Assembly: GCA_963696395.1 (NCBI GenBank) | Contig: CAVOJZ010000002.1 | Span: 134,433 to 198,432, forward strand | Reading direction: 5' to 3' | DNA length: 64,000 nucleotides | Origin: an uncultured bacterium | GTDB taxonomy: Bacteria > Patescibacteriota > Minisyncoccia > UBA6257 > 2-01-FULL-56-20 | In this document: piece by piece, positions 34,756 to 44,425 of the stretch | How positions within the stretch are numbered: position 1 is the first letter of the stretch | How the letters are laid out: the number at the start of each line of letters is the position of its first letter | Notes under the pieces: model-generated | What the model was told of the DNA's origin: nothing | Databases searched by the model: none | What the model saw: the letters and a program-made list of their open reading frames with translations, nothing else | Program-made: the position numbers and the translations under genes

Positions 34756-35184
34756 TTAGAAAATACCCGCCGCCGGAGAAATTCCGGTTCCGTTGAGCGC
34801 GCTATTGATAGTGCCGATGTAGGATTGGACGAATGCAAAGGTGAGCCACAAAGTGATGATCGTCGAAAGGGTCGTCGCGATAATAAGATACATGCCGAGG
34901 CGTTGCGCCTTAGGATCGGGATTCCGGAAATATTTTACTCCGGGCCAATAGCCGAGCGGCGGCAAAAGAATCGCAACAACATAAAGCGTGATCTGCTTAA
35001 AAAGCGAAGTTGAAAGATTTTGATCTTTAAGCGATTTACCGCAATTCGGACAGAATGTGTAATTGGCCGGCACAACAGAACCGCACGAATTGCAGACAGT
35101 GCTTGTCGCAGAAATCTGTTGCGCTACAGCCGTCGGTGTAGCAGGTGGAACTGGAGGCATCGGCGGCAGGTTGGATTCGTCCAT
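34756..35184 (-). CDS. Zinc-ribbon domain membrane protein
   Basis: CNSCGSVVPANYTFCPNCG zinc ribbon, then 2-3 TM helices. Pro-rich N-terminus. Confidence 0.5.
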   Translation of the reverse strand: MDESNLPPMPPVPPATPTAVAQQISATSTVCNSCGSVVPANYTFCPNCGKSLKDQNLSTSLFKQITLYVVAILLPPLGYWPGVKYFRNPDPKAQRLGMYLIIATTLSTIITLWLTFAFVQSYIGTINSALNGTGISPAAGIF

Positions 35185-35269
35185 TTATCCTATTTTAGCA
35201 TGAAACGAAAGAGTCTCCTTGTCGCCGGAAGCGAATTGAAAATGAAAACATAGCTTGGTGTGGGCAGAG

Positions 35270-35342
35270 TGCCCCCACCAGGATTCGAACCTGGGACCGT
35301 CTCCTTAAAAGGGAGCTGCTCTACCAACTGAGCTATAGGGGC
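35270..35342 (-). tRNA. tRNA-Lys (anticodon UUU)
   Basis: GCCCCTA acceptor, anticodon loop CTTTTAA, T-arm CCAGG-TTCGAAT-CCTGG. 73 nt. Flanked by 13-bp inverted repeat GTGTGGGCAGAGT / ACTCTGCCCACAC. Confidence 0.9.
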
Positions 35343-35417
35343 ACTCTGCCCACACTTCTTCAAACTATGCTTTCATTTTCAATGAGCGACCCAGCGGGCG
35401 AAATTCTGATTTCGCCA

Positions 35418-35451
35418 AAGGGAGCTGCTCTACCAACTGAGCTATAGGGGC
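35418..35451 (-). repeat. 34-nt duplicate of the tRNA-Lys 5' portion (acceptor 5' strand through anticodon loop); tRNA fragment
   Basis: AAGGGAGCTGCTCTACCAACTGAGCTATAGGGGC is identical to 35309-35342. Preceded by hairpin GGCGAAA-TTCTGA-TTTCGCC (35397-35416). Confidence 0.6.
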
Positions 35452-35502
35452 AAGGTCTTGCTTAATATAATTAAAAATGCTGAAAATTTCAACTAAAATC
35501 GT

Positions 35503-35736
35503 TTATGCCTTCGTGTGGAGCTTGCCCCACGAAATCCTGTTCCATACTCTTTCGTGAAGATAGTAGGCAACCGTAGTATAGAGATTGCTTATCACAACGA
35601 ACCCGATTGCAACGTCGGTGTTGCGGGTGAAAAGAAAAATGACCGAAAAATCCAAAATGACAATGACGATGCGGTAGCTCACTGCTTTCACAATCGATCG
35701 CCATTGGCTTTCCTCGTGGCTGTGATGTTCGTGCAT
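35503..35736 (-). CDS. Small membrane protein, DUF2061-like
   Basis: His-rich N-terminus, then two TM helices (YRIVIVILDFSVIFLF...). Start set at MHEHH. Confidence 0.45.
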   Translation of the reverse strand: MHEHHSHEESQWRSIVKAVSYRIVIVILDFSVIFLFTRNTDVAIGFVVISNLYTTVAYYLHERVWNRISWGKLHTKA

Positions 35737-35743
35737 ATGGTGA

Positions 35744-36151
35744 TTATACTTTCTTTTTAAAAACCGTGAGTGTTTTGCGTTTGGAGTATCCGCACCGCAC
35801 GGCGAAGGCAAAGTTTTTCGGTTCTGTCTCAAAATAAATTGTGGTTCCCTTCGCAACCGCCGCAAACCTCTTCATCATGGCGAGGCCGACCCTTTGACGC
35901 TGATATTCGGGAACAATAATGAGATCGAGGATCTTCGTTTCAATGGCAAAATCGCTCAATGCACGGCCGATACCTACGAGTTCGCCCGCTTCATTCCTCG
36001 CGGAAACAACGATATCGCAATTCGCAAGCGATTTCTTCATGCGTGCAACGGAATAGTATGCGGGAGTCCCCCAGCCGAGCTCCACGTAGAGGGCGGCGGC
36101 CTCGGCGGGTTTCACGGATTTTTTATCGCTCGAGATCAAAACGTTTCCCAT
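35744..36151 (-). CDS. GNAT-family N-acetyltransferase
   Basis: Acetyl-CoA binding motif LIIVPEYQRQRVGLAMMKRF (Q/RxxGxG/A). Confidence 0.75.
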   Translation of the reverse strand: MGNVLISSDKKSVKPAEAAALYVELGWGTPAYYSVARMKKSLANCDIVVSARNEAGELVGIGRALSDFAIETKILDLIIVPEYQRQRVGLAMMKRFAAVAKGTTIYFETEPKNFAFAVRCGYSKRKTLTVFKKKV

Positions 36152-37353
36152 GTTTCAATGATCTCTTTATATTTCAGCGCACTCGGCCTGATACGCCGCT
36201 CCATCGTTTTATAATCGATTTCAACGAGTCCAAATCGAGGCCAGAAGCCGCTGTCCCATTCAAAGTTATCGATGAGCGACCAGTGAAGATAACCGCGCAC
36301 ATCTGCGCCGTCGCGGATCGCGTTTTTCACTGACCGAAGATGCTCGACGAGAAAATACTCCCGGTGCTTGTCGCGGACGTCCGCAACTCCGTTTTCGGTT
36401 ATGTAAATCGGCAACTGGTAACGCTTCAGGCTCATCAATACATTATAGAGGCTTTGGGGATGGAGCTCCCACGCCATATCCGATATCCGCTCGTTTTTAT
36501 TTTTTCCGTACCAGTGGTCAACCCGAATGTGGAAATAAAAATTAAGGCCGACAAAATCGGACATATTGCGTATGCCTCCAAAGAAATAGAAATTCCACAT
36601 CCGCTCGCCGAACCATGTGAGCGCGTGATTAATCGGACCGCCCGCCGATTCAAAATGAGCCATCTGCATAACACTTCCAACCTGGGCGTCGGGCATATGG
36701 GATTTTATCGCACGGTAAGCCGCGCGATGTGCGCGCATGAGCGCGTGCAGGCTCCTGAACCCGAGTCGAACGCTCCGCTTTTGCGGCGGCCATACGCCTT
36801 CCTGGTATGATTTCGAAGAAAAAACCTCCGGTTCGTTCACAAGAATCCAAAATCGAACGGTATCGCGATATTCCCGCGTAACCCGATCAACGAACTTTTT
36901 GAAATGCTCGGGAAATTCTTTACATAATACTCCCCCTTTTGCCGACAACCACACGGGCATTGTCCAATGGAACAACGTAACGAATGGTTCCATGTCGCGA
37001 TTTCGCAATTCTCTTATAACATCGCGATAATGTTCAATTTCTTTTTCGTTAAACTTCCCTTCTTCAGGTTCGATACGCGACCATTCGAGAGAAAAACGGT
37101 GAGCGTTGTGGCCAAGCGATTTTGCAATATCAAAATCTTCGCGAAAGCGGTTGTAGTGGTCTGCTGCACGGCCGGAAATATAATTTTCCTCCTGGAGCGG
37201 ACTTGGATAAGCGCCCAGCAAATGCTCATCCCATCTTTTCGCTCGCGCCGCCAACGCCAGCCGTTTGGCATTTTCCTTCTCCCACTCGGTCCAATTATTG
37301 TGGTTTCCGCCTTCAACCTGATGCGAACTCGTCGCCGCTCCGAAAAAGATCAT
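36136..37353 (-). CDS. Glycoside hydrolase family 1 (beta-glucosidase-like)
   Basis: N-terminal FFGAATSSHQVEGG. Acid/base NEP (LVNEPEV) and nucleophile ITENG (YITENGVAD). Confidence 0.9.
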   Translation of the reverse strand: MIFFGAATSSHQVEGGNHNNWTEWEKENAKRLALAARAKRWDEHLLGAYPSPLQEENYISGRAADHYNRFREDFDIAKSLGHNAHRFSLEWSRIEPEEGKFNEKEIEHYRDVIRELRNRDMEPFVTLFHWTMPVWLSAKGGVLCKEFPEHFKKFVDRVTREYRDTVRFWILVNEPEVFSSKSYQEGVWPPQKRSVRLGFRSLHALMRAHRAAYRAIKSHMPDAQVGSVMQMAHFESAGGPINHALTWFGERMWNFYFFGGIRNMSDFVGLNFYFHIRVDHWYGKNKNERISDMAWELHPQSLYNVLMSLKRYQLPIYITENGVADVRDKHREYFLVEHLRSVKNAIRDGADVRGYLHWSLIDNFEWDSGFWPRFGLVEIDYKTMERRIRPSALKYKEIIETWETF

Positions 37354-39005
37354 TGGGTGGCCGTAATGTGCTCTACACTATAATTCAGACTGCCCCCCAC
37401 TTTTTTCCCTGGGTTAAAAATGTTCAACGGGTCAAAAATGTTTTTAACTTCTTTAAATAACTCTATAATTTGGCTGCCGTACATTTCCTCGAGATACGGA
37501 GTCCTGATGAGGCCGTCATTATGCTCTGCAGTAATGGAGCCATGGTATTGGAATACCAGTTTATAAACTTTCTCCGAGATTTCGGGGATCAGCGCCCGAA
37601 TCCGGGCATCCTTGAGATTCATAAGCGGAATAATATGAAAATTGCCGTTGCCCGGATGGCCGGCGATTGTGTAGATGAGATCTTTTTTATAAGCATCGAG
37701 GATGGCGTTGAGTTTTGGCATAAACTCCGGCAGGTACTCCGGCTTCACGATGAAGTCGTCGATGAACGGTGCCGTGTCTTTACCGGTGGTGTTGTTGTGG
37801 AGCAGGGCAAAACTCTGCCGGCGGATAGTCCAGTATTTTTCTTCGTCCCGCTCATCGTGAAGCGGATTCACCTGGATGCCAGGATGCGTTTTTCCGAACT
37901 TGCGCACGTCGTCGGCAAGTTGGGTGAGCTTCGCGACAAGTTCCTTTTCGTCGTCGCCCGTAATTTCCACAAGCATAATCATCTTCGGCATACCGCCGCG
38001 GAGGACCATCCACATCTCGGGCAAGAATTGCCAGCCGAGCTTGATGATATTGCCCTTCATTGATCCCAGCACCTGTCGCCACAATTTCACGGCAACCTGC
38101 ATCGTCTTATCGTCATATGATTCGATGCTTTCCGGATGGAACCGCAAAACCTCAACAACAAGATCGGCAACCGGATCGAGCGTCTTCAAAAAGATGACGC
38201 ACAGCCGGGAATGCTTCTTTGCACGCACCAGCCCAAGCGTCGCTTCCGCAAGCAGCGCAAGCGTTCCCTGGGATCCGACCAGTAATTTGGTGAGGTCGAA
38301 TTTCTGCTTGTCCCAAACATTCCATAAATAATATCCGGCTGAATTTTTTGAAATATCGGGTTTCGCTTTTTTTATCGTATCGTAATTTTTTTCAAGCAGG
38401 TCGTACATCTTCCGATAGAGCTCTCCCTCGAAACCCTGCTCGTTCAGCTTCGCGCGCAGCGCTCCGCCTTCGAGAGGTTTGATCGTGTGCTGCTCGCCAT
38501 CGCTCATCACGACACTCAGCTCCCGGACATAATCTTCCGTCTTGCCGTAGGCAAGCGTCTTTTCGCCGCCGGAATTATTATTCACCATGCCGCCCAGCGC
38601 GCACAATTCTTTCGAAGCCGGATAAGCCGGATATAAAAGGCCTTTCGGCGTGAGCTGCTTTTCGAAATCGCGAAAATAAACCCCGGGCTCAACAACCGCA
38701 TGATCGCTAGCGATTTCCTTGACGTGATTAAAATATTTCGTAAACGACACGATAATCCCCTGGCTCAACGGACCGCCCGTCATGTCGGTTCCCGCAGACC
38801 GGCCGGTGAGCGAGATATCCTCGCCGGCCGCTTTTTTTGCGGTGACAAACTTTACAAGATTGCGAAGGTCGTCGATGTCTTTTGGAAAAACCACAATCTT
38901 CGGCCGGACTTTGAACACCGAATAATCCCGGCTGAATTTTTCGAGCGTGGCGTCGTCTACGGCAACATCGCCGTGAAAGAACTGTTTAATCTCATCGGCA
39001 AGCAT
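37350..39005 (-). CDS. FAD-linked oxidase (FAD_binding_4 plus C-terminal oxidase domain; GlcD/D-lactate dehydrogenase-like)
   Basis: PCMH-type FAD-binding region (GRSAGTDMTGG, ...NNSGGEKTLAYG). 551 aa. Confidence 0.8.
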   Translation of the reverse strand: MLADEIKQFFHGDVAVDDATLEKFSRDYSVFKVRPKIVVFPKDIDDLRNLVKFVTAKKAAGEDISLTGRSAGTDMTGGPLSQGIIVSFTKYFNHVKEIASDHAVVEPGVYFRDFEKQLTPKGLLYPAYPASKELCALGGMVNNNSGGEKTLAYGKTEDYVRELSVVMSDGEQHTIKPLEGGALRAKLNEQGFEGELYRKMYDLLEKNYDTIKKAKPDISKNSAGYYLWNVWDKQKFDLTKLLVGSQGTLALLAEATLGLVRAKKHSRLCVIFLKTLDPVADLVVEVLRFHPESIESYDDKTMQVAVKLWRQVLGSMKGNIIKLGWQFLPEMWMVLRGGMPKMIMLVEITGDDEKELVAKLTQLADDVRKFGKTHPGIQVNPLHDERDEEKYWTIRRQSFALLHNNTTGKDTAPFIDDFIVKPEYLPEFMPKLNAILDAYKKDLIYTIAGHPGNGNFHIIPLMNLKDARIRALIPEISEKVYKLVFQYHGSITAEHNDGLIRTPYLEEMYGSQIIELFKEVKNIFDPLNIFNPGKKVGGSLNYSVEHITATQ

Positions 39006-39014
39006 TACTGATTA

Positions 39015-39719
39015 TTATAACAGACGGATGGGAACGGCACCCTTCCGAAGCACTATCGGAGTATCGTTTATTAGCTGTATAAGCGTTGACGGCTTGGACG
39101 CCAGCCGCCCGGCGTCGACATAAAATCGAACATTGTCCTTAAAGTATCCCTTCGCTTCCATGATTGTTCGTGCGGGCGGCTGGCCTTCAAAGTTTGCGCT
39201 CGGAGCGACAAGCGGTCCGGTTTTTTTCAATAACGATCGAAGCCAGAGCGGCTTCGGCAGGCGAAACGCGAGGGTATTTGATTTTCGATGAAGGTAAGCA
39301 AAATTTTTTTGGGCGTTCGGGAGACCGATCGGCATTACAACGCTCACGGCCCCCGGCCAGACGCCGCCCAGTATTTTTTTGACGGCGGGCGTAACGCGAA
39401 CTCCGAATTTTTTTACATCGTTTATCGATCCGATTAAAATGATCATCGGTTTTTTGGCGTTCCGCCTGCGCAAACGATAAATCCTCTGCACAACCTCCTT
39501 ATCGAGGGCGGAACCGACGATGCCATAAATGGTATCGGTTGGCAAAACGCCGACCCCGCCGTCAGCAAGATCCCGTACGATAAGTGAATTAAGGCTCTTA
39601 TGCATCGTGGTATAATTCCCATTATGGACAAAATAAGCAATACAAGCAAAGCGATCATCGTCGCCGTTGTCGTTTGCTTTGTAATTCTCCTTATATTTAT
39701 TTATGGCGGCCGCAACCAA
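39015..39719 (-). CDS. tsaC: L-threonylcarbamoyladenylate synthase (TsaC/YrdC/Sua5 family)
   Basis: YrdC motif PTDTIYGIVG...RIYRLRRR. The true start may be the internal Met at about 39605. Confidence 0.8.
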   Translation of the reverse strand: MVAAAINKYKENYKANDNGDDDRFACIAYFVHNGNYTTMHKSLNSLIVRDLADGGVGVLPTDTIYGIVGSALDKEVVQRIYRLRRRNAKKPMIILIGSINDVKKFGVRVTPAVKKILGGVWPGAVSVVMPIGLPNAQKNFAYLHRKSNTLAFRLPKPLWLRSLLKKTGPLVAPSANFEGQPPARTIMEAKGYFKDNVRFYVDAGRLASKPSTLIQLINDTPIVLRKGAVPIRLL

Positions 39720-40211
39720 AATCCGATTTCGGCAACTTCAAATATAACCGCTTCGTCTAACGTTGAAACGACGACTAACGCCTCGGCAACGATCCCAACG
39801 GCATCGAGCACCCTTTCCGGCGGTGCGCAACCCTCGACTTCCGGTTCCGGCAAGAAGACAAAACAACCATCGGAGCAGGTGCCTCCTCCACCGATCATAA
39901 TCCGCTTTATTACCCCAGTCGTAAATGATGTATGGAAAATAGGCGTAACCAACCCGATCTCCTGGAACAATGCGGCGAATTTTACCGGAGAAATAGACCT
40001 TCTCGATGGAAGCGGAAATTTCCTTGGCGTCATTTTGTCACAGACCGGACCGGATCAAACCTCATACGGATGGGACACCCGCGAATATTCTTTGGCACGA
40101 TATAATCCCCTCAAGAAAGAAATGGTGCCTGGGTCATACCGGATAGAGCTCAAGTTTGACGGCAACAACCTGCCCCCGATAACCGGCCCCGTGATTACCG
40201 TTACGAACTAA
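39624..40211 (+). CDS. Hypothetical membrane-anchored Ser/Thr-rich protein
   Basis: TM helix, then low-complexity S/T/A stretch. No motif recognised. Confidence 0.4.
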   Translation: MDKISNTSKAIIVAVVVCFVILLIFIYGGRNQNPISATSNITASSNVETTTNASATIPTASSTLSGGAQPSTSGSGKKTKQPSEQVPPPPIIIRFITPVVNDVWKIGVTNPISWNNAANFTGEIDLLDGSGNFLGVILSQTGPDQTSYGWDTREYSLARYNPLKKEMVPGSYRIELKFDGNNLPPITGPVITVTN

Positions 40212-41505
40212 GAGACCTCCGCCGCCGGAGTGCCTTATGATAGCCGATCGCAAAACGGTGCGCTTCATTGCGCACTCGAATGAGAGTTTCTTTGGTGACG
40301 CCCTTGGGAATCGCGCCGATAATGTCATTCCGTTTCCGCTCGGATCCCTTAGCGATGCCGAGAATCGGAATGCGCAAACCGGCGTGCATGATAACTTTTT
40401 TTGCAGCATTTGCCTGGCCGATACCGCCATCGATCAAAATGAGATTTGGCAGGGTCCACGCATCGGGAGCAGTTCCACTCCATTCTTTCGGGCGCAAATT
40501 CACGGCATGCCGGTGAAATCTGCGCTCTAAAACTTCCGTGAGCATACCGACGTCATTCGGCTTGAAAATACTGCGGATTTTGAATTTTCGATATTCGTTT
40601 GTGTTCGGTTTTCCATCCTCGAAAACAACCATGGAGCCGACAGCATCGGTTCCGGAAATATTTGAAATGTCATATCCCTCAATGCGATATGGCGCCGAAG
40701 CAGTTCCTGCGCCTGTGCCTGCGCGGCCGGCAAACGAACCACTCCTTTCCTCGGGCATGATGATCTCCGAATCTGCAATAAACGCGGTATCGCGGATGTG
40801 CTTTAACGCAAAGCATTGCCGCCGGAGCTTCTCCGCTTTTTCGAATTCAAGCTTCTTACTGGCTGCCGCCATATCGTTTTCGAACGATTTAATGACGCTT
40901 TTCTTTTTCCCTTCAAGAAATAATTTGAGGCGGTCAATGTTTTTTGTATATTCCTCGCGCGTCACCGCACCGACGCAGGTCCCCGGACACAATCCAACTT
41001 CATAATCAAAGCAGGGTCGGAGAAATTTCCCGATTTTTTCTGGGTCGTGCGTATTCCAGGGAAAAATTTTACGGAGAATACGCAATGCCTGTCGGGCATT
41101 CGAAGCCGAAGTGAAAGGCCCGTAGCGCCTCCCCCGCTCCGCGTCTTTGCCCCGGACAAGCAACACCCTCGGAAATTTTTCCTTTGAAATTTCTACGTAC
41201 AAAAAACTTTTATCGTCTTTTTCGCGGACATTGAACGGGGGCATCCATTGTTTGATAAGTTCGGCCTCGAGGATCAAGGCCTCGAGGGCACTGTCGGTCT
41301 CCCGATGATCGATGGTGCTTATCTTGCCGACCAGGCGCTCAATCCGCACATCGTGAGGACGCTCAAAGTAGCTCGAAACCCGGCGGCGAAGATTGCCCGC
41401 CTTGCCAACATACAGGATGTCGCCATACGTATCCTTCATGATATAGACGCCCGGCGTGTCCGGGAGTTTTTTATAATCTTTTTTTAACATGCTTTTTCCT
41501 GGCAC
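40201..41505 (-). CDS. uvrC: Excinuclease ABC subunit C (short form lacking the C-terminal HhH)
   Basis: GIY-YIG domain GVYIMKDTYGDILYVGKAGNLRRR. UvrB-interacting region. RNase H-like endonuclease domain. 434 aa. Confidence 0.85.
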   Translation of the reverse strand: MPGKSMLKKDYKKLPDTPGVYIMKDTYGDILYVGKAGNLRRRVSSYFERPHDVRIERLVGKISTIDHRETDSALEALILEAELIKQWMPPFNVREKDDKSFLYVEISKEKFPRVLLVRGKDAERGRRYGPFTSASNARQALRILRKIFPWNTHDPEKIGKFLRPCFDYEVGLCPGTCVGAVTREEYTKNIDRLKLFLEGKKKSVIKSFENDMAAASKKLEFEKAEKLRRQCFALKHIRDTAFIADSEIIMPEERSGSFAGRAGTGAGTASAPYRIEGYDISNISGTDAVGSMVVFEDGKPNTNEYRKFKIRSIFKPNDVGMLTEVLERRFHRHAVNLRPKEWSGTAPDAWTLPNLILIDGGIGQANAAKKVIMHAGLRIPILGIAKGSERKRNDIIGAIPKGVTKETLIRVRNEAHRFAIGYHKALRRRRSLSS

Positions 41506-41514
41506 CGACAGACA

Positions 41515-41793
41515 CTAATCCTCCAAAAGAACATGGACTGCGCACTTCACAATGAGCGGATAGGTGCCTTCGATCTCCTCGTTAATTTTTTCTAAAGAGA
41601 TGCTTGCGCTTCCATTTTCGAATTTAAGAGAATTATCCTGGATGTAAGCTTTTTTATGGCCTGCCTCGTCCCGGATATCATTGCCCTCATAATAACCCTG
41701 CTTCATGTTGTCAGCGCTCCGGATGTGATGTCCGTCGATCCAGCCGATCTTTTCCCCGTCGTGATAGATTTTATTGTCGACAATTTTTGGCAT
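41515..41793 (-). CDS. Hypothetical protein (92 aa)
   Basis: ORF between uvrC and uvrA. No motif recognised. Confidence 0.35.
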   Translation of the reverse strand: MPKIVDNKIYHDGEKIGWIDGHHIRSADNMKQGYYEGNDIRDEAGHKKAYIQDNSLKFENGSASISLEKINEEIEGTYPLIVKCAVHVLLED

Positions 41794-41811
41794 ACCCTTA
41801 TGATAGCAAAA

Positions 41812-44331
41812 TTATTTCGTGAGCACTTTTCGCAGATATTGTCCGGTGAAGCTCCCCGCTTTGCGCACAATCTGTTCCGGCGTACCGACGGCGACGACCG
41901 AACCTCCCCGTTCGCCGCCTTCAGGACCAAGATCAATGATCCAATCCGCCGTTTTGATGACATCCAGGTTGTGTTCGATAACCACGATGGTGTTTCCGCG
42001 GTCAACCAGGCGCTGGAGGACTTTAATGAGCTGATCAACGTCCGCGAAGTGCAGACCGGTGGTCGGCTCGTCGAGTAGATACAATGTTCGACGGGTGTCC
42101 CGCTTTCCGAGTTCTGCGGAAAGCTTGATGCGCTGAGCCTCGCCTCCCGAAAGGGTTGTCGCCGACTGGCCAAGCTTGAGATATCCAAGACCAACCTCCT
42201 CGAGGATCACAAATTTTTCCTTAAGCCACGGGATATCGTCGAAAAATCGCGCTCCTTCCTCGATCGTCATTTCAAGAACGTCAAAGATATTTTTACCTTT
42301 GTATTCCACCTCAAGCGTCTCGCGGTCGAAGCGCTTACCTTTGCAAATATCGCACGTTACGTAAACCGTCGGTAAAAAGTGCATCTCGATCGCAATCGTC
42401 CCGTGCCCTTCGCAGTTTTCGCAGCGGCCTCCGGGGACATTGAAACTGAAACGTCCAGGCTTGTAGCCCCGGACGCGGGCATCCTCGGTCGCCGCAAAGA
42501 GATCGCGAATATGCGTCCAGGCGCCGACATACGTCGCCGGATTTGAGCGGGGTGTTCGTCCGATTGCCGCCTGGTCAATGTTGATGATGCGGGTGATATA
42601 CTCAAGCCCAAGGATAGATTTGTATCCGAGGGGCTTCGCATTGGTACGATTAAGTTTGTCGGCGACAGCTTTATAGAGCACGTCATACACAAGGCTCGAT
42701 TTGCCCGAACCGGAAACGCCGGTCACTGCAGTAAAGCGGCGCAACGGGATATCAACGTCAATATTCTTTAAATTGTTCGCATGGGCGCCGCGGATTTTGA
42801 GCAGCTCCTGTTTCGTGCCGACAGAACGCCGTTCGTCGGGAACTTTAATAAATTGCTTGCCGCGCAAATACTGCAAGGTAAGCGAATCCTTTTTAAGATT
42901 TTTTAATATTTCGGGGATAGGCCCTTCGGCAACCACCCGCCCACCGTGGACGCCGGCAGCGGGACCGATATCGACAAGATAATCGGATGCACGAATGGTG
43001 TCTTCGTCATGTTCAACAACGATGATGGTATTGCCGAGATCGCGGAGATCGTGAAGCGTTTTGATAAGCTTGTCGTTATCGCGCTGATGGAGGCCGATCG
43101 TCGGCTCATCGAGAATGTAGAGCGTACCCACAAGCCTTGAACCGATTTGCGACGCAAGCCGGATGCGCTGGGCCTCGCCTCCGGAAAGCGTCCCTGCTTT
43201 GCGATTCAAGGTGAGGTACTCGAGGCCGACGTCCATCATAAACTTCAGCCTGTTTTTTATCTCACGCAAGGGAGCTTCGGCAACTTCGATCATTGACGCG
43301 TTCTTGAATTTCATAGCGTCAAAAAAGGTATAGGCGTGTTCGATCGAGAAGGATACAACGTTATTGATATTTTTCCCGTCAATCAAGACGTTTAAACTTT
43401 CCACCCGCAGGCGTTTGCCCTCGCACGCCGGACAGATTTCCTCAGACCATAAATCTTTTGTGCCCAGGCCATGGCATTCCGGACAGGCGCCATAGGGACT
43501 ATTGAATGAGAACAGTCGGGGTTCAATTTCGGGGAACGAAAAACCGTCATGCGGACAGGTGAATTTCGCCGAGAGCGATACCTCGTTATCAGTGATGACC
43601 GTGACGACATCGTTGCCGTATTTTAGGGCGTGCTCAATCGCTTCGGCGAGCCGCAGACGATTATCTTTTTCCTTAAAGTTCATGCCGGCCGGAATCCGGT
43701 CAACCACAAGGTCTATGTTGTGCGTTTTATACCGGCTGAGTTCTACGCGGTCACGCAGGGAATGGTATTTCCCGTCGATGCGCACTTCGGAAAATCCGGC
43801 ATTCAGGAAATCGTAGAGCATCTGGTAATACTCCCCCTTCCTGCCGCGAACGACAGGGGCGAGAATCACCAGGTTCTTTTTTTCTTTATTCTCTTTTGAA
43901 AAATCGATTGCGACGTCAACGATTTCCTCATTGGTCAGTTTTTTTATCTCGCGACCGCAGGTCGGGCAATACGGTTTCCCGGCGCGGGCAAACAACACGC
44001 GAAGATAATCGTAAATTTCCGTAATGGTTGCCACCGTCGAGCGCGGATTCGAAGAATGGCTTTTCTGGTCAATCGAGATTGCCGGCGAAAGCCCCTCAAT
44101 ATCATCAACATCCGGCTTGTCGAGACGCCCCAAAAACTGCCGTGCGTAGGCGGATAACGATTCGATATACCGGCGCTGACCTTCGGCAAAAATCGTGTCG
44201 AACGCCAGACTCGACTTTCCGGAACCGGAAAGCCCCGTGAATACCACCATCTTGTCCCTCGGAATTTCAAGATTGATGTTCTTCAGGTTGTGCTCCCGCG
44301 CGCCTTTGATGATGATTTTATCGTGTGCCAT
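41812..44331 (-). CDS. uvrA: Excinuclease ABC subunit A
   Basis: Two ABC ATPase modules ([20 protein letters not shown]). Zinc-finger cysteines. LSGGEAQRI signatures twice. Confidence 0.95.
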   Translation of the reverse strand: MAHDKIIIKGAREHNLKNINLEIPRDKMVVFTGLSGSGKSSLAFDTIFAEGQRRYIESLSAYARQFLGRLDKPDVDDIEGLSPAISIDQKSHSSNPRSTVATITEIYDYLRVLFARAGKPYCPTCGREIKKLTNEEIVDVAIDFSKENKEKKNLVILAPVVRGRKGEYYQMLYDFLNAGFSEVRIDGKYHSLRDRVELSRYKTHNIDLVVDRIPAGMNFKEKDNRLRLAEAIEHALKYGNDVVTVITDNEVSLSAKFTCPHDGFSFPEIEPRLFSFNSPYGACPECHGLGTKDLWSEEICPACEGKRLRVESLNVLIDGKNINNVVSFSIEHAYTFFDAMKFKNASMIEVAEAPLREIKNRLKFMMDVGLEYLTLNRKAGTLSGGEAQRIRLASQIGSRLVGTLYILDEPTIGLHQRDNDKLIKTLHDLRDLGNTIIVVEHDEDTIRASDYLVDIGPAAGVHGGRVVAEGPIPEILKNLKKDSLTLQYLRGKQFIKVPDERRSVGTKQELLKIRGAHANNLKNIDVDIPLRRFTAVTGVSGSGKSSLVYDVLYKAVADKLNRTNAKPLGYKSILGLEYITRIINIDQAAIGRTPRSNPATYVGAWTHIRDLFAATEDARVRGYKPGRFSFNVPGGRCENCEGHGTIAIEMHFLPTVYVTCDICKGKRFDRETLEVEYKGKNIFDVLEMTIEEGARFFDDIPWLKEKFVILEEVGLGYLKLGQSATTLSGGEAQRIKLSAELGKRDTRRTLYLLDEPTTGLHFADVDQLIKVLQRLVDRGNTIVVIEHNLDVIKTADWIIDLGPEGGERGGSVVAVGTPEQIVRKAGSFTGQYLRKVLTK

Positions 44332-44425
44332 ATGAATTTTCCCCCGGAGCATCGCTCATAGGGGTAGTGTTCGTTATTCTGTTGTAGGCTAATTTTAACC
44401 GAAATTTAATATCTCGGCAAATGAA

